Below are positions 62,643 to 64,000 of a stretch of 64,000 bases of DNA, in pieces. The translations under genes were made by a program, and so were the position numbers. Numbering within the stretch: the stretch's first letter is position 1; every line of letters begins with the position of its first letter. Origin of the DNA: Eledone cirrhosa (taxonomy: Eukaryota); NCBI GenBank assembly GCA_964016885.1, contig OZ024744.1, positions 93,496,001-93,560,000 on the forward strand, written 5' to 3'. The notes below the pieces were generated by a model. That model was not told the origin of the DNA, did no database searches, and saw nothing but the letters and a program-made list of their open reading frames with translations.

Positions 62643-64000
62643 GCTGTGTTTGATACATGACAGTGGAAGAGGGGAAGGAAAGCTATAACTAATTAACATG
62701 TGTGTGTGTGCATGCGCGCGCGTGTGTGTGAGAGTTTGTGTGTGTACATGCATGTGGCGTTTCACTTACGCCATTTTATTCAGTGGCAACATATTCACTA
62801 ACTTACACTCATTCCAACCGCTGCTCTTACTGTTACCCCTCTCCCTATCCATACCCCGGTTAAGATGGCACTCATGGCTTAGCAATTACATAGTCAACCG
62901 TTCGGAAATCACATGCATCGGTATTTATTTCAGTGACGAGTTCACTCCTTACTCTACCAGTGAGTTTCAGTGTACTGCTTCCTGCTTTAGGTCATGCCTC
63001 GAAGGAAGAGATACTCCATTGGCCGAAAAACTGCGAAAGCAGCAACAACAAGAACAGGGCGGGCAAACGAATCGTCAGTGGAATCTGCTATTCAACGGTC
63101 GCAAGATGCTAAACGTGCTGCCACCAGAAGAGCACTTGAAACAGACAACCAACGAACCATTCGCCGAACCGATAATGCCGGTTCAAATTCTGTTGCACGA
63201 GCTGCCAAGACAGAAGACCAGTGTAAAAGACGTCGGAGTACGAATGCTGCGAATACTGCTGCTGCGCGGGCTACACAGACCTCGCAAGAACGAGACATTC
63301 GACTACAATGTAATGCTCGACAAACGGTCTTTGGGCAGGGTATTTCAAGGCCGTGTTGCTCACGGTGGTCCTTAAAAGCATTCGAGTACAACCCTGACTT
63401 TGATTACAGACATGCGAATTGGGTGTATGTCAAAGACGTGCTCTTTCTGCAATGCAAAAAAGTGGCCCGGAGAAACACCTGGCTTGTGTTGCGCAAATGG
63501 AAAAGTAAAATTACGTCCCCTGGAGGATCCACCACAACCGTTGAAGCTCCTATATTCAGACAGTACTGCAGAGTCACAGAATTTCCTGATTTACATCCGG
63601 AGGTATAACTGTGCTTTCCAAATGACATCTTTCGGGGCGAACATTCTCAAGGAAGGTGGATTTATGCCCACATTTAAGGTGAAAGGTCAGGTATACCATA
63701 GAATCGGATCCCTCCAGCCTGCCGCCAATCAAGAACATCAATTTTTGCAGCTGTACTTTGTTGGGAATGTCAACGAGCAGGCAGCCATGAGTAACTCCAT
63801 TTCACCCGGTACCAATGTCGAGTTTATAAGGAAACTTCAAGACATTCTGCACACAGAAAAACAGTTATGTCATTAGATTCAAGTATGCCTTGGAAGCAGA
63901 TACCACAGCCAATTTTAATGTGGTAATTGATGCCTCGAAAATTCCATCTGGGGAGCATCCGGGTCGGTATAATTATCCTGCATGCAATGAAATCGCTGTA
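62193..64000 (+). mobile_element. Autonomous-type Helitron, 5' portion with frameshifted Rep/helicase N-terminus
   Basis: Starts TCTATATATATAAAAC. ORF pieces: MPRRKRYSIGRKT... (62994), IGCMSKTCSFCNAKKWPGETPGLCCANGKV...RRYNCAFQMTSFGA...FKVKGQVYHRIGSL...FLQLYF (63400-63876), then after a frameshift NSYVIRFK...GEHPGRYNYPACNEIAV. Runs off the window end. Confidence 0.92.

Overview
AT-rich, repeat-dominated animal genomic DNA. The SINE/LINE repertoire and microsatellite density suggest a coleoid cephalopod such as an octopus, but that is an inference. Only one host gene is evident: the last two coding exons of a PGRMC/MAPR cytochrome-b5-like heme-binding protein (29637-29786 and 32143-32249, + strand). 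Its first exon was not found and probably lies upstream of the window. The rest consists of at least six long RTE/BovB-type LINE copies from about three families, SINEs, non-autonomous and autonomous-type Helitrons, piggyBac-like and mariner-like MITEs, Tigger, R4/Dong-like and CR1 fragments, a Penelope remnant, and minisatellites of 30, 48 (three arrays), 60 and 102 bp. Most of the supplied short ORFs are artefacts of repeats or antisense frames. Two things stand out. First, about ten type-I hammerhead-ribozyme-like motifs, two with fully canonical cores, sit mostly inside small foldback cassettes next to (TA)n tracts and often have unusually long stem II inserts. Second, the long RTE copies carry a C4HC3 PHD-type zinc finger inside the reverse transcriptase. 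All structures and coordinates were read by eye, with no folding or database search, so element edges are approximate.
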